NCBI GenBank assembly: GCA_002269645.1
Contig: NIVC01001860.1
Coordinates: forward strand, 164,990-228,989
Origin: Macrostomum lignano
Lineage: Eukaryota
Length of the DNA stretch: 64,000 bases
Direction of reading: 5' to 3'
Below the pieces are notes generated by a model. It was not told the origin of the DNA. It saw only the letters and a program-made list of their open reading frames with translations, and searched no databases. The position numbers and the translations under genes are program-made. This document shows, in pieces, positions 1 to 13,190 of the stretch. How positions within the stretch are numbered: the first letter of the stretch is position 1; each line of letters begins with the position of its first letter.

Positions 1-3000
1 AAGTTGAGCTACATGAGCAAATCCAGAAACCGGTGCACCCCGCAGACAATCGCTGCGTGTCGTTCGACGTGAACACCCTGGTCGAGGAGGCCATGGACGC
101 CTTCAAGCTGAACGAGCTCGAGCCGCTGCCGACGCCGCCGCCGACACCGCCGCCTGAGCCTGAGCCCGAGGAGAAGCCGGCTGAGGCTTCGGCCACCACA
201 GTGGGGGAGTCAGGCTCGGCTGTTCAGCTTGCGTCGACCTCCGGGGCGGCGATGGCGACCGGCGCTGCCGCTGCGACGTCGCAAACAACTCTTACAGCCG
301 AGTCGTCGGCCACGGCGGGCGCTGAGGACGGCGCCACCACACCGCAGTCGCAGCAGCCACCGCCACCACCGCCAGAGCCACCGAAGCCGCAGCTGACACG
401 GAGGGCGAAAATTGGCGAGAAGCTGACGGCGCTGCTACGCCGAGGAAAGTCAGTCACCGACGAGCTGCTGGTTGAACTGCTGGTGAGGGAAATTGGTATA
501 AAATTTTAAGCATACGCTTTCTATATAGCTGCAAAAATCGACGCAATACAGTTAGCAGACTCTTTTAATGTACATCAGTATTAGCTTAAAATCGGTAGGA
601 GGGGTGTGTCTATAATTAAGGCAAATGTTCATTCCAAACATGGATATATTTGTGAAAAAGAGAGAGGGGACAGTACATATGCCGATCTATAAATAGCTCG
701 TAGAATCAATGTACACGCAAATAAGATGAGTGCGTGTATCGATCTATAAATAGAATCAATGTACACGCAAATAAGATGAGTGCGTGTGTCGATCTATAAA
801 TAGAATCAATGCACACGCAAATAAGATGAGTGCGTGTGTCGATCTATAAATAGAATCAATGTACACGCAAATAAGATGAGTGCGTGTGTCGATCTATAAA
901 TAGAATCAATGTACACGCAAATAAGATGAGTGCGCGTGTCGATCTATAAATAGAATCAGCGTACACGTGGGTAGGTTCTGTGCACGTGACACCTTAACCC
1001 ATCAGATCGAGGCCATCCACCGCGTCCCAGCCGGCACCGGGTGGATTCTGGACGGATTCCCCGGCAACTATGCCCAGGCGAAGCTGTTTGAGAAGGCTCT
1101 GACGGGCTTCGAGGAGCCTACCAAGGCTGGGTCGCGAAAGAAGAAGGCCGGAAGTCTGGCGACAAATCCGAAGCCGGCCCCGGCGGCGCCAGAACCAGCC
1201 AGCGGATTGGATCTTGTTATCGATTTCTCCGTCGACGACGCCTGGTGCCTGAAGCGAGCGCTGGGTCGAGTCGAGCAGCCGGGAACGGGCAAGGAGTTCC
1301 ACCTGGAGACAAAGCAGCCGCCCGAAGGCAGTGCCACGGGTGTGCAGGGCGAGGAGAAGGTGCAGCCAGTCAAGGACCCGGCCTACGATCTTGATCAGGT
1401 ATTTTTGGGTTCTTTGCGTGTAGTTTAGATTGATGGTAATTTTTTGCCTCTTTTTCTTGATGGTCTCTCAGTCCCAACCTCTGAAGCGTCCACGACTGTC
1501 TTTAACACCGATCCTCCGCCAGGTGCAAAAGCGGCTCAGCGCGTACGCTGAGTCGTGGCCGAAGCTGGAGAAGTTCTACCAACGCTTCGGCAACGTCGTC
1601 CGAGTCGACGCCTCGCTGGAGCCCGAGGCGCTCTACCTGGAGACCGAGCGCCTGCTGGATGAATTCGTCGCTCGCCGACTGGAAGCGGAGCGCCTCGAGG
1701 AAGAGCGCAAAGAGACAGAGGCACGCGCTGCGGCCGAGGCGCTGCTGGCGGAGCAGCATCGCCTGGAGGAGGAGGCGGCGGCTGCCGCGGCTGCTGAAGC
1801 AGCCGAAGAAGCCGCCCGGGCGTCCAAAGCGGCGTCGGAGGCGGAGGCGGCCGCAGTAGCGGCGGCGGCGGCTGGTTCGCGACCGGCCTCGGGCAAGCGC
1901 AAAGGCAAGGCGAGCCCCGGCCGGTCCAAGTCGAAGGACAAAGCCGGCGGCAGCCGGCGCAGCAGCCGGGCGAGCAGCGCGGACAAGAAGGGTGGCGCGC
2001 AGGGGAAGGCCAAGAAAGGCTCGCGTGGCGGCTCGCCGAAGGCGTCGAAGGCGACGGCAGCCTCAGACGAGAAAGCGACGTTGAAACCGGCCGACAGTGT
2101 TGCTCCTGAGGCTTCTGGCGATAGCGCGGGTGAAGCCGCCCCGGAGCAGCCGCCGCCACCGCCGCCGAAGCCGTGCGACCCCGAGTGGGAGTTCGTCGAC
2201 CTGGCTATCCCAGAGGAGCTGGCGAAGGCGCTGTCGCCTCTGTGGGACGCTATCGAGGACGGCTACGTGTCCACCGCCAAGTCCGTGTTCCGACGACTCC
2301 GCCTGGTCAAGGACTCTGCCGTAGTGTACTTTTATCAAGTTCGGCGAGACTTTCTTGAGTATCTGCAGCGGCCGGACAATCACCAGGTGCTGCTGACCGC
2401 CTTCCAGAAGGATTTCAACGAGATACCGCAGGACCTGCGTTACGACGAGGAAGTGGTCGCCGACCTGCACCAGCGGCTGGAGGAGCTGCGTGAGCGCCTG
2501 GTTGACATCACGGATAAGCGCAAGGAGCAGGCCGAGGCCAAGAAGGAGGCCATCGAGCAGTGCGGATGGGTGGAGGACCGACTTGGCCTGCTGACCAACC
2601 TGTACATCGAGCTGTTGCAGGGCGAGATGGACCGCTTCCAGGACACGGTAAAGTTTATGAAGGACTACTACAAAGGCATGGACACGCCAATCCCGGAGCC
2701 GTACAAGCCGGACTTCCTGCGGCTGCCCATCGTCGAACTGCCGTACGAGCGCGACCCGGCCAGGTCCGGCGACGGCTCGTCCCGAGGCTCGTCGCGCCAC
2801 CAGTCGCCGGCCAAAGCGGCCAGTCCGGTGGCGAAGAAAGCAGGCGGTGGCGGCAAGAACAAAGAGCCGGTGGACGAGGCCAGGGAGCTCACGGATGAGG
2901 AGATCGAGGCCATGTTTAGGACCAAGTAAGAGTTTACTTGTTCGGGTATGACAGAGACCAGTTTGTAGCAGTTTAAGACGTCGCTGCACCCTCCAATAGT

Positions 3001-6000
3001 GTGAAGGAGTCTCAAGAAACTTGGTGTGCCTCATCACTTCCAATCCGGTCCCTGGTGTGAGCTGCCACCACTCCTCCCTCTCAGTCCCTGGTGTGAGCTG
3101 CCACCACTCCTCCCTCTCAGTCCCTGGTGTGAGCTGCCACCACTCCCCCAGTCCCTGGTGTGAGCTGCCACCACTCATCCCTCTCAGTACCTGGTGTGAG
3201 CTGCCACCACTCCCCCAGTCCCTGGTGTGAGCTGCCACCACTCATCCCTCTCAGTCCCTGGTGTGAGCTGCCACCACTCCCCCAGTCCCTGGTGTGAGCT
3301 GCCATCACTCCCCCAGTCCCTGGTGTGAGCTGCCATCACTCCCCCAGTCCCTGGTGTGAGCTGCCATCACTCCCCCAGTCCCTGGTGTGAGCTGACGCTA
3401 CTTCTTTCCTCCCAGTCCCCGGAGTGAGCTGCACTAATACAAACTAACGTGTTGAAATTCGCGCTCGCTACTAACAGAAATCAGCATCAATAAAACCTGA
3501 TAGTCAAACGTGTGTAAAAGACAGTCAAAAAGCCCAACCACAAACTAATAATTCTCGGCGGGATGCTCCTGCAGAATCACATTTTTCGTAGCGCCAATGG
3601 AGCCCGAAGACTCCGATCTCGAGCACGAAATTAATGTCGAATGCGTTGTCCCCAACGGCGACGAGATCGCCAAAGCAACACCATCGGCTGAGGCGCAGCG
3701 CCAGCGGCCTCAGCAGCTTGGCGGCAGTCTTATTACTAACCGCAGCAGCAGCAGCCTGAGTGGCACCTCCTCGGACCTCGCCAGCTGGCGGGAGGCCACG
3801 CTGCGCACCGCCGCCTCCGTCACTGCCGAGCTGCTCCGGCGTCGGCCGTCGGCCAAGTCGCTGGCCGATGCATTGAAGTCGGCGGCCGCCGCTGCTGGCG
3901 GATGGCGCGCACCACCCAGGGGGCCGGCGGGCCGACGGCGGCAGAAGCGGCAGCAACAGCAGCAGCAGCAGACGGCCTCTGTAGCATCTGGGACAGGCGG
4001 CAGTCTCAGCCTGAGCTTGGAGGCTTCCAAATCTTCCAGCAGGTTGTCAAGCAGATCTCGGATGCATCTGCATTTCCTTCTACCAGCTGGCTCTGCGACA
4101 GGCACCTGTCATTCAACATGGGCACCAACCTTTATACTCCGCTAAGTCAGTTCGTTAACTCCCTCCACCTCCCTTATGTAGCTTCCTGATTTTCCTGAAA
4201 ATGTTTTGTTAACGTGATTATTAGCTCTTTGATTTCTATTTTTCGTTGAAATACTTAGCCGAAACCAACGACGAGCATGCCTAGATTAGTCATTCCGTAA
4301 ATTGCATTGCATATTCCCTGTCAGTAGTGAGTTGCAAACATTGAGCAATTCACGCAACAGGAATTTTTATTGCTTTTTATTTTTCATTTTTTGCTCGCAT
4401 TGAAGTTTTTCATGACTAAAAGCTTAAACATCTTCAATCCCGTTTCGCACCGCACCAGGATCCCAGTGCTTGGCCAGGCGCCCACCCTAGCCGAGTTCAA
4501 GGAGGCCCTGCAGGCGCAGTTCAAAGTCGGCAAAGAGAAAGGCGCCGGCGGCGGCGGAGGCGGCGGCGGCAAGAAGGACAAAAAGGCCGAGCGGCTGGAG
4601 ACGCCGGCGGCGCCCTCGGACCCAGACGCGCGAATCGTCTTCGATGCTTTTTGGGCGGGCGTCAGCCAGATTGCGTTCTTTGTCAGCCAGGAGCTCGCGG
4701 CTAAGGAGGCCGAGGAGGAGGCCGAGCGGCAGCGGCTTCTCGAGAAGGAGCGCGAACGCGAGAAGGCGGTGAAAGAGGCCGCCAAAGGCGGCGGCAAGAA
4801 GGGCGGCGGCGGCAAGAAGGGCGGCAAGAGCCGATCGCCCAGTCCGAAGAAGGGCGCCAAAAAGGACGGCGGCAAGGCGGCGCCGGCGCCGGCCGGAGAG
4901 GCGGAGGCGGCGACGCCGGACCCAGCCGCGGAGCCGCTAGAAACTGAGGAAGAGCGGGCCCGCAGACTGACGAAGGAGCGGATGCGAGAAGAGTACTTTT
5001 ACTCGCTGGAGCACGAGGCCAGGGCGGCGCGAGCCCGCATGGAGTTGTGCGTCGCTGTGGCTGCCCGTGTCCTTCAGGACCTGAAGCAGAAACAAGAGCT
5101 AGCCAGCAAGGATCTGGCTGACTGGATCGGGGCCCGGCTGCTGCGCGAGAGCGAGCTTATTGATCAGGCTTGCGAGCTGATCAGGCACGCCATCGAGTCG
5201 CGGGGACCCATTGTGGAACGCCTGGAGCTGTCAGCCAGCGACTTCCTGCTCAATTCGGTGAGGGGGGTGAATTCTCTACTTGCTTCATAACTCATAATTC
5301 ATAATCTAATGGGAGCAGATGTAATTGTAAATAACTGTAAAAAAGCAGGATAAATTCTATCCAAAACTTCACTGCAGCTCGTAAAAGGTTTAGATCAACT
5401 GGCGACTGGCGTGACTTCAAAGTCGTGTCTTCGCTTTTTAGCAAGCAATCCGCGGAGCACTGGTAGTTTCTCTATCAGATTGACTGGATCAGGTCAGGAT
5501 CCGACTGCCCAGACAGTGCCCAGTTTGACTGTCACAATTCACAAATGGCTGCCGAGGGCCGACCGACCCAAACCCAAATCCTAAACCGATATGGTCGGCA
5601 CTCGGCATCGGCAGTCGAATTGGGGCGGGTAGTAAAATAAAATGTTGGGCTTTATTATCGGTTTGCTAAGTTTAAGTGAATAAATTAGGTCAATTAAGCT
5701 ATAAACTTATCCGGTCTGTCTATTTATAGCTAGCTAGGAGCGTATTGTCTAATTTCAAGTGTAAACTACTGGGGTTTTGGGCCTTGGGGGGGATTGTCGC
5801 GACTCCCCCCCTCCATCGATTTTTCACTCTCCTCGCAGGCCAGCTATGTACATTTTATTTCTTAACCAACGTACACTTGAAAGGCATGAATACCCACCCC
5901 ACAAATTAAATCCTTTCTTGAGTGCATGTACTGCTATGTACGATCCTTCTTAGGCTTCCTTACACTGCCTGATAAAGAAACTTAAAAACTATATAGCTTT

Positions 6001-8625
6001 TCTTAATCTGCATGAAAGCATCAACGTAGAAACAATGCGAATTTGCATTTTGCAGGAGGAAGTGACGGTTTTAGAAGAGGTACAGTTTTAAAGTATATGC
6101 TATTGTTTGACATACATGAAGTTGCCTGCTTTTGTACCACCAAGTGCAGAAATATTTTAAGAATTAATCCACCTCATCCAGAGTCTGGATTTACCTTTTT
6201 TCAAAAAACTTTCATGAACCCGATTGAAAATGGCTTCACTCATTGCACACTACAATCTAACTATAACGGCCTAACAACAGCACTTTCTTGTTCGAAATGC
6301 CTTTCCAAATGTTGTACCCTTAGCATCTAAGTGACGAAAAACAACACCTCTGAGGATACATTAAGTTGAACTCAATTAAGTTAAACAAAGCTACGAACTG
6401 TAATGCAAGCACATGATTTATTGTCTTTTTTTATTCTGTTTTCTATCATTTACTTTTCATTTTCTTCTGCAATAGATTTTAGTTTTAAACAGTCAAAATG
6501 CGTTTTAAATGAAATTTCAAATTCGCGCCAATTTTCCAGGAATTCAAAGTCGTTCCAGACCCACCAAAGCCGGTGCGACCGCCGCCAGTCGAACAGTTGG
6601 AGCCTGATTGGTTCTCCATCAAAGCTATCCGCGACCTGCTGGGCCGATTCAAGGGCGTCGCGCCAGATGGCCTGCTGGCCATTAATGAGTTTGTCAGCGT
6701 GCTGATGGTGAGTGACCGATGCTTTGATTGGCTGTTTTGGGGCTCCTTCGAACTGTCCACCAACTGTATCCCAATTGTCCACCAACTGCCATTCCAATTG
6801 TTCACCGAACATTATTCATGGTTAATTTTGAATGCACCCATCCGCAGGAGGAGGTGAACTCTCACCAGGACCCGGACCTCCTGCCAGAGCAGTGGCAGCA
6901 CTGCACCGCCGCCCAGCTGCAGGAGCTGGCCCAGAGCATGTCATCGGATCAGGAGTACGTGTCCTGGCGCGCCTTCCTGCTGGCCATCTCGCAGCCGTGG
7001 CCGTGGCCAAGCCAGCAAGACCTGCTGGACACCCTGCTGAAGTTCAAAGATCTTGACCAAACTGACTGCGGCTATGTGACCAGGGAGCAGTACGACTTTA
7101 TTGAGCTCTGGTTCAGCCCTGGGCCGCCGCCGTCGACGCCTGAGGAGCCGACGAAGCCGAAGCAGATCAGCCGGCTTGAAGGCTTCAAGCACCTGCTGTT
7201 CGAGTTCTTCGCTAACGAGGAGGGCCGAATGGCGTACCTGGACCTGCTGCTGCACTGCGCCGCTTCGCCCAGCCCCTACGTGGGCTTCCTGAGGGCGCTT
7301 AGCGTGGCTAACGACTCGCACATCCCCCACTGCCCGATCGCCGGCTACGAGGAGCTCACCGCGGTGGAGCCGCTAGCCGATGAGGTCAGCCCCGAAGTGG
7401 GCCGTTTTCCAAATACTTGGGTGCCGCTTTTAGCTCTTCTTCTGGCGCCTAATTTAGCGCCCCTGACACCCAAAGTGGTGGCCTCTGACACCCGAATTAG
7501 CGGTCTCTGACACCCAAAATGCATGGCGCCCCTGACACCCAACGGGCGCGCACTGTTCACCACGCCCACGTTACTCGGGAAGGCGCTGCTTGAAGGCGGG
7601 AAGGCGCTGTGGCAGTCGCTCACAACAAGAGGGAATTGGATTGAGCCGGGGATGAACGAGAATTCCTAGAATCCTCGATCTCAATTGCCGCCCCCTGCCT
7701 GTTGAATAGCGGAAGCAAATTCGAATTCGATATTCGAAATGAGATGCTCTCAACAACCGGGAGCCGTTGTCATTTCAAGAGTGGAAATGTTTTCGCCTTG
7801 GGGGCAGGTCATGCGGATTATGGATGAACACCTCCCGTTTTTCATCCGCTTTGAACAGAGTAAAATCACTTGTGTTCTAAAATTCCAAAGCCGAGCTGCA
7901 GAGACGTTCGAGTGCATTTTTTTTATTTTCTAAATGGGGGACTGGGTAAGCGAAAGTGCGTGCTTGAATGTGCCACCCCCGGAACTTGAAAGTCTGTTTA
8001 CAATAAGGCTTGTTGAAAGCATGTTTACTGCGTTTAAAAGAAATTGAGTGGAGGAGGGGTGGCGGTCCAGCTGAGCTGAGGGGAGGAGGGGTGGCGGTCC
8101 AACTGAGCTGAGGGCAGGAGGGGTGGCGGTCCAACTGAGCTGAGGGGAGGAGGGGTGGCGGTCCAACTGAGTGGAGGATTAAGAAGGTTGGCGGTCCAAC
8201 TGAGCTGAGGGGAGGAGGGGTGGCGGTCCAACTGAGTGGGGGATTAAGAAGGTTGGCGGTCCAGCTGAGTGGTTCCCCACCCTGACCCGCAGGTGCCCGC
8301 TGACTGCGAGGACAGCCTGGTGAAGATAGACGCAGTTTACTACGTGCTGGGCTACGGGCGCAACATCACTGAGGACACGACCGACTTCTCGGATCTGGTG
8401 GACACGGAGGTCACCCAGGAGTGCCTCACCCGGCCAATGCTGGGCGCCATCTACCAGCAGCTGGGCAGCGAGGATCTGGACCCGCTGCCGTACACGAAGC
8501 TCATCAAGCACGTGAGCTTTGTGGAGCTGCTGCTCCAGGCGCGGCAGTACAAGAGGGTCAGCGTGAGGGACTTCCTTGCAGCCGATGGGCGCAGCAGCCG
8601 GGCGCCATCGCAGATGCAGGCTTAG
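1..8625 (+). CDS. SPEF2: Sperm flagellar protein 2 (SPEF2/KPL2), 5'-partial, 7 exons visible: <1-482, 1006-1398, 1523-2925, 4459-5257, 6540-6707, 6848-7384, 8293-8625
   Basis: Adenylate-kinase-like motif GWILDGFPGNYAQAKLFEKALTG. Downstream segments (KIPVL, VVPDPPKPVRPPPVE, LPEQW, VSWRAFLLAISQPWP, GFLRALSVA, LIKHVSFVELL) are collinear with vertebrate SPEF2 as recalled. All junctions are GT-AG and phase-compatible; stop at 8623-8625. Confidence 0.92.
686..960. repeat. 50-bp intronic minisatellite (~5.5 copies)
   Basis: Unit gatctataaatagaatcaatgtacacgcaaataagatgagtgcgtgtgtc repeated in SPEF2 intron 483-1005. Confidence 0.95.
3049..3400. repeat. 32-36-bp intronic minisatellite
   Basis: Unit gtccctggtgtgagctgccaccactcccccca, about 10 copies. 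Confidence 0.95.
3597..4145 (+). CDS. Probable nested gene in SPEF2 intron, 182-aa Ser/Ala/Gln-rich protein of unknown function
   Basis: GC-rich ORF with host-like codon use. Acceptor tttttcgtag lies 5 nt before the ATG. It cannot be spliced in frame into SPEF2 (phase-2 reading hits TAA). The 3' end is uncertain. Confidence 0.5.
   Translation: MEPEDSDLEHEINVECVVPNGDEIAKATPSAEAQRQRPQQLGGSLITNRSSSSLSGTSSDLASWREATLRTAASVTAELLRRRPSAKSLADALKSAAAAAGGWRAPPRGPAGRRRQKRQQQQQQQTASVASGTGGSLSLSLEASKSSSRLSSRSRMHLHFLLPAGSATGTCHSTWAPTFILR
8045..8268. repeat. ~30-bp G-rich intronic minisatellite
   Basis: Unit ggaggggtggcggtccaactgagctgaggg, about 7 copies in the last SPEF2 intron. Confidence 0.9.
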
Positions 8626-9282
8626 AGACTGGGGGAACTGATACACTGGGGGATCTGCGTTCTCATCCGTCTTCTCACCTTCCCCAAATTATTCTCCCTA
8701 ATCCCCCCGTTTATTCCCCTTAATTCCCCTTCCTTCCCCACCCTGAGTTTCACCCAGCTGCCGCTCCCCCAGGCTGACAGGCAGGGAAATGTATCCAAGG
8801 TGGCGTCAAAGGAGGGGCGCCTGTTTTCTTTAGCAGAAAATCGGCCCAGTTCCCTGACACAGCGGGATTAGCAAGAGATCTCGAACCCCGACACGCCCAA
8901 TTTAGTGGGCGGTGACAATTTTCCTCATTATTGCGTGAGACAGATTTTTCTTTCAGAGCTAATGCTTTCTTTTGCTGGCGAAATTCTGCTCTGTGTTGCC
9001 CCGTAGCCATGAATATTTTTGTCTCACTGTGAACTGACTGACTGGCAGTGATTCTCTCGATAATATTTTTATGTAACTTCTATTTAATTCAATTGCAGTG
9101 ACCTTGCGAAATTTTGTAAGAAATATTACAAATTTAGAAACAAATTACACTGGTACGACTGTTTAGATAACTTATTTTGTGTCCTGGTAACTTTTAATAG
9201 CGAATGGGTGCTTCGATAAATCTTATGTTAATATTATCTTGTCAAATGATTACACGCATGCACTTAACTGATAACTGGCTAC

Positions 9283-9355
9283 TTAGCTAGTTAGTTAGTT
9301 AGTTAGATAGTTAGTTAGTTAGTTAGTCAGTCAGTTAGTTATTTAGTTAGTTAGC

Positions 9356-9387
<32 letters not shown>

Positions 9388-9402
9388 CAGTCAGTTAGTT
9401 AT

Positions 9403-9433
<31 letters not shown>

Positions 9434-9499
9434 TTTAGTTAGTTATTTAGTTAGTTAGCTAGTTAGTTCGTTACTTAGTTAGTCAGTCAGTCAGTTAGC

Positions 9500-9592
<93 letters not shown>

Positions 9593-9731
9593 CGTTAGTT
9601 AGTTAGTTAGTTAGTTAGTTAGTCAGTCAGTTAGTTATTTAGTTAGTTAGTTAGTTAGTTAGTTATTTAGTTAGTTATTTAGTTAGTTAGCTAGTTAGTT
9701 CGTTACTTAGTTAGTCAGTCAGTCAGTTAGC

Positions 9732-9773
<42 letters not shown>

Positions 9774-9803
9774 CTTAGTTAGTCAGTCAGTCAGTTAGCT
9801 AGC

Positions 9804-9887
<84 letters not shown>

Positions 9888-9995
9888 CAGTCAGTTAGTT
9901 ATTTAGTTAGTTAGTTAGTTAGTTAGTTATTTAGTTAGTTATTTAGTTAGTTAGCTAGTTAGTTCGTTACTTAGTTAGTCAGTCAGTCAGTTAGC

Positions 9996-10042
<47 letters not shown>

Positions 10043-10082
10043 ATAGTTAGTTAGTTAGTTAGTTAGTCAGTCAGTTAGTTGT

Positions 10083-10139
<57 letters not shown>

Positions 10140-10219
10140 CAGTCAGTCAGTTAGTTATTTAGTTAGCTAGTTAGTTAGTTAGTTAGTTAGTTAGTCAGTC
10201 AGTTAGTTATTTAGTTAGC

Positions 10220-10251
<32 letters not shown>

Positions 10252-10252
10252 C

Positions 10253-10347
<95 letters not shown>

Positions 10348-10363
10348 CAGTCAGTCAGTTAGC

Positions 10364-10431
<68 letters not shown>

Positions 10432-10451
10432 CAGTCAGTCAGTTAGCTAGC

Positions 10452-10541
<90 letters not shown>

Positions 10542-10587
10542 CTTAGTTAGTTAGTTAGTTAGTTAGTCAGTCAGTCAGTCAGTTAGC

Positions 10588-10641
<54 letters not shown>

Positions 10642-10667
10642 CTTAGTTAGTCAGTCAGTCAGTTAGC

Positions 10668-10747
<80 letters not shown>

Positions 10748-10762
10748 CAGTCAGTTAGTTAT

Positions 10763-10793
<31 letters not shown>

Positions 10794-10859
10794 TTTAGTT
10801 AGTTATTTAGTTAGTTAGCTAGTTAGTTCGTTACTTAGTTAGTCAGTCAGTCAGTTAGC

Positions 10860-10901
<42 letters not shown>

Positions 10902-10931
10902 CTTAGTTAGTCAGTCAGTCAGTTAGCTAGC

Positions 10932-11015
<84 letters not shown>

Positions 11016-11123
11016 CAGTCAGTTAGTTATTTAGTTAGTTAGTTAGTTAGTTAGTTATTTAGTTAGTTATTTAGTTAGTTAGCTAGTTAGTTCGTTACTT
11101 AGTTAGTCAGTCAGTCAGTTAGC

Positions 11124-11170
<47 letters not shown>

Positions 11171-11186
11171 CTAGTCAGTCAGTCAG
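9283..11186. repeat. 1.9-kb (TTAG)n tetranucleotide satellite with variant units
   Basis: Continuous TTAG with interspersed TCAG, CTAG, TTAT, TTCG and TTAC variants. Confidence 0.98.
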
Positions 11187-11682
11187 CTCTCAGAGCCGCA
11201 GCCCAGCTCTCCTCTTCTTTCCTCGGCCAGAGCTGCAGCAAAGCGCCGACTGAAAATAGCTGTGAAAGCAAAATGCGTGAGAGGGCTGTCTTCTTTTGCA
11301 ATTTTTTTCTCCTGCGCCTTGCCCGCCCGTTCCGTCTCCGCGTCTGCTCTCCTCGGAGCGGGGCGGGGCTCCGGTCGGACTCGCTATTCCCGATCCCGAG
11401 CTCTTAATCCCCTGCAGTTGCTGGGCAGCAGGGGTGTCTTGAGCCTTGAGCGTCAGGCGGGGATCGGCGCTGAGAGGGCCGGGATGGGAGTGCCTCAGAG
11501 ACGGCAGAGGGGATCAAGGAAGATCCTGGATATTTCATTTTTTGCTTTTCAACTTTTCTCGGGCAGTCCGCCCCGGCCCCGATAATTACAGAGGCCTCAA
11601 TGGTTAAATGGGGGGGGATTCTGCAGTCTACTTTTCATCTGAGTAATCGCAAAATTGCTGCCAAATAATATAGCGTTCCGAC

Positions 11683-11696
11683 GTCTCCATAGCAAC
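11683..11696. promoter_or_regulatory. RFX X-box-like motif GTCTCCATAGCAAC
   Basis: Matches the X-box consensus GTHNYY-AT-RRNAAC. Target gene not identified. Confidence 0.35.
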
Positions 11697-11802
11697 CTAT
11701 TCACTGGCTGTGCTTTCGATCAGAAGCCATTAGGCAGCTGGTTAGTCATTATCAGGCGGCTGCTTCCCCTGCCTAAGACTGGAGTAGCCTGTCGCACTGC
11801 AC

Positions 11803-12096
11803 GCAGCTGAACTGTGAGTAAAGCGCAGCTGAACTGTGAGTAAAGCGCAGCTGAACTGTGAGTAAAGCGCAGCTGAACTGTGAGTAAAGCGCAGCTGAAC
11901 TGTGAGTAAAGCGCAGCTGAACTGTGAGTAAAGCGCAGCTGAACTGTGAGTAAAGCGCAGCTGAACTGTGAGTAAAGCGCAGCTGAACTGTGAGTAAAGC
12001 GCAGCTGAACTGTGAGTAAAGCGCAGCTGAACTGTGAGTAAAGCGCAGCTGGACTGTGAGTAAAGCGCAGCTGAACTGTGAGTAAAGCGCAGCTGC
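11803..12096. repeat. 22-bp minisatellite (~13 copies)
   Basis: Near-perfect unit gcagctgaactgtgagtaaagc. Confidence 0.95.
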
Positions 12097-13190
12097 AGTA
12101 GGAAGCCGCTAGGGGGCTGTCGCTGCCTCCAAGTCAAAAAAAAGATTCTGGACTAGATGAAGCAAAATGAGCCACGGCGAGAGGGGAAGAGATTCCTAGA
12201 GGAAGAGCGGAGCGAGCGAGTCTTGGATAGACGGGGTAAGGGAGGGATTTCACTCCGGCTGGAGGCTGGGGATCTCCAACTCTGGCTGAGGCGGCGGGGC
12301 GAATAGAGGGAGGAGAGGACAGCGGTGTAGGGATCAGGATCCCATTCCTGTCTCTTCCCAGATCCCACTGATCTGCATTGGCTATTTCACTTCTCAAGGC
12401 CGGGACGCAATCGCGGCTTCTAAAAGTCCGGTACGGCGGCAGGAGATGCTGGAGGGTGGTGTCAGCCTCGAATGATTAATGAGTGACTGACAAGACTCAG
12501 GCGGACTGCCCCCCCCCCGGTGATAAAGCGGTTGAATTCTCCAGCTCGGCAGAGGCCCCCGAGCGGCGGTCGAGTCTGTTTTATACGCCAAAAAAACGAG
12601 ACAAAACAGAATTAGTGAAGCTGGGCTGCTGGCTAGAGCTGACACACCCGTAGGTGTACAGGAGGAAGCTCCGGGAAGGGGAGGACTGGTTAATGAGCTC
12701 GAGGATTCTGGGCTCGGGGCCTTTAATTGGCATGACGAGAGAGAGAGCTCGAACTGCTTCTGGCTGGGCGCCGCTCAAACACATACAGAGAGAGTGATAA
12801 AGTACAGCGAGTCGATGAAGACCACGGGAGGCTGGGAGAGGAGGGTCACCGAAGACGAGTCGGTGAAATTGGATTATGTCTGACTTGCCGACCGGAGCGA
12901 TGAAGGATTGGGGGGGGGGAGGCCGAGAGGCTGGGGGGCGTCAATTGCAGTCTCCCGGATGAAGCCTTGGAGGAAATCGAGGAAGACCTGTGCGGATTGC
13001 TCAAGCTGCATGCGATGAAGAAATTCTTCTGGCGATTTTTTCAAACGCAAAGTCAGTACTGGCAAAATTATTTTATGATTAGCATTAGCTTTAATATTGA
13101 AATTTATTTTAAGTCTCAGTTTATTACCGACTTATATATATTTAAGTCGAGACAAAAACAGTCTGGCAGCGTATTGATAGTGCGCCATAG

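Noticed and set aside
7650-7661. GGATGAACGAGA resembling 28S sequence downstream of the R2 site
   Set aside because: A 12-nt match with unrelated flanks; insufficient evidence.
9283-11186. Interstitial telomeric repeat
   Set aside because: The unit is TTAG, not TTAGGG or TTAGG, and there are no G-tracts.
12130-13000. GC-rich island as a retroelement or gene fragment
   Set aside because: No frame gave a recognisable motif.
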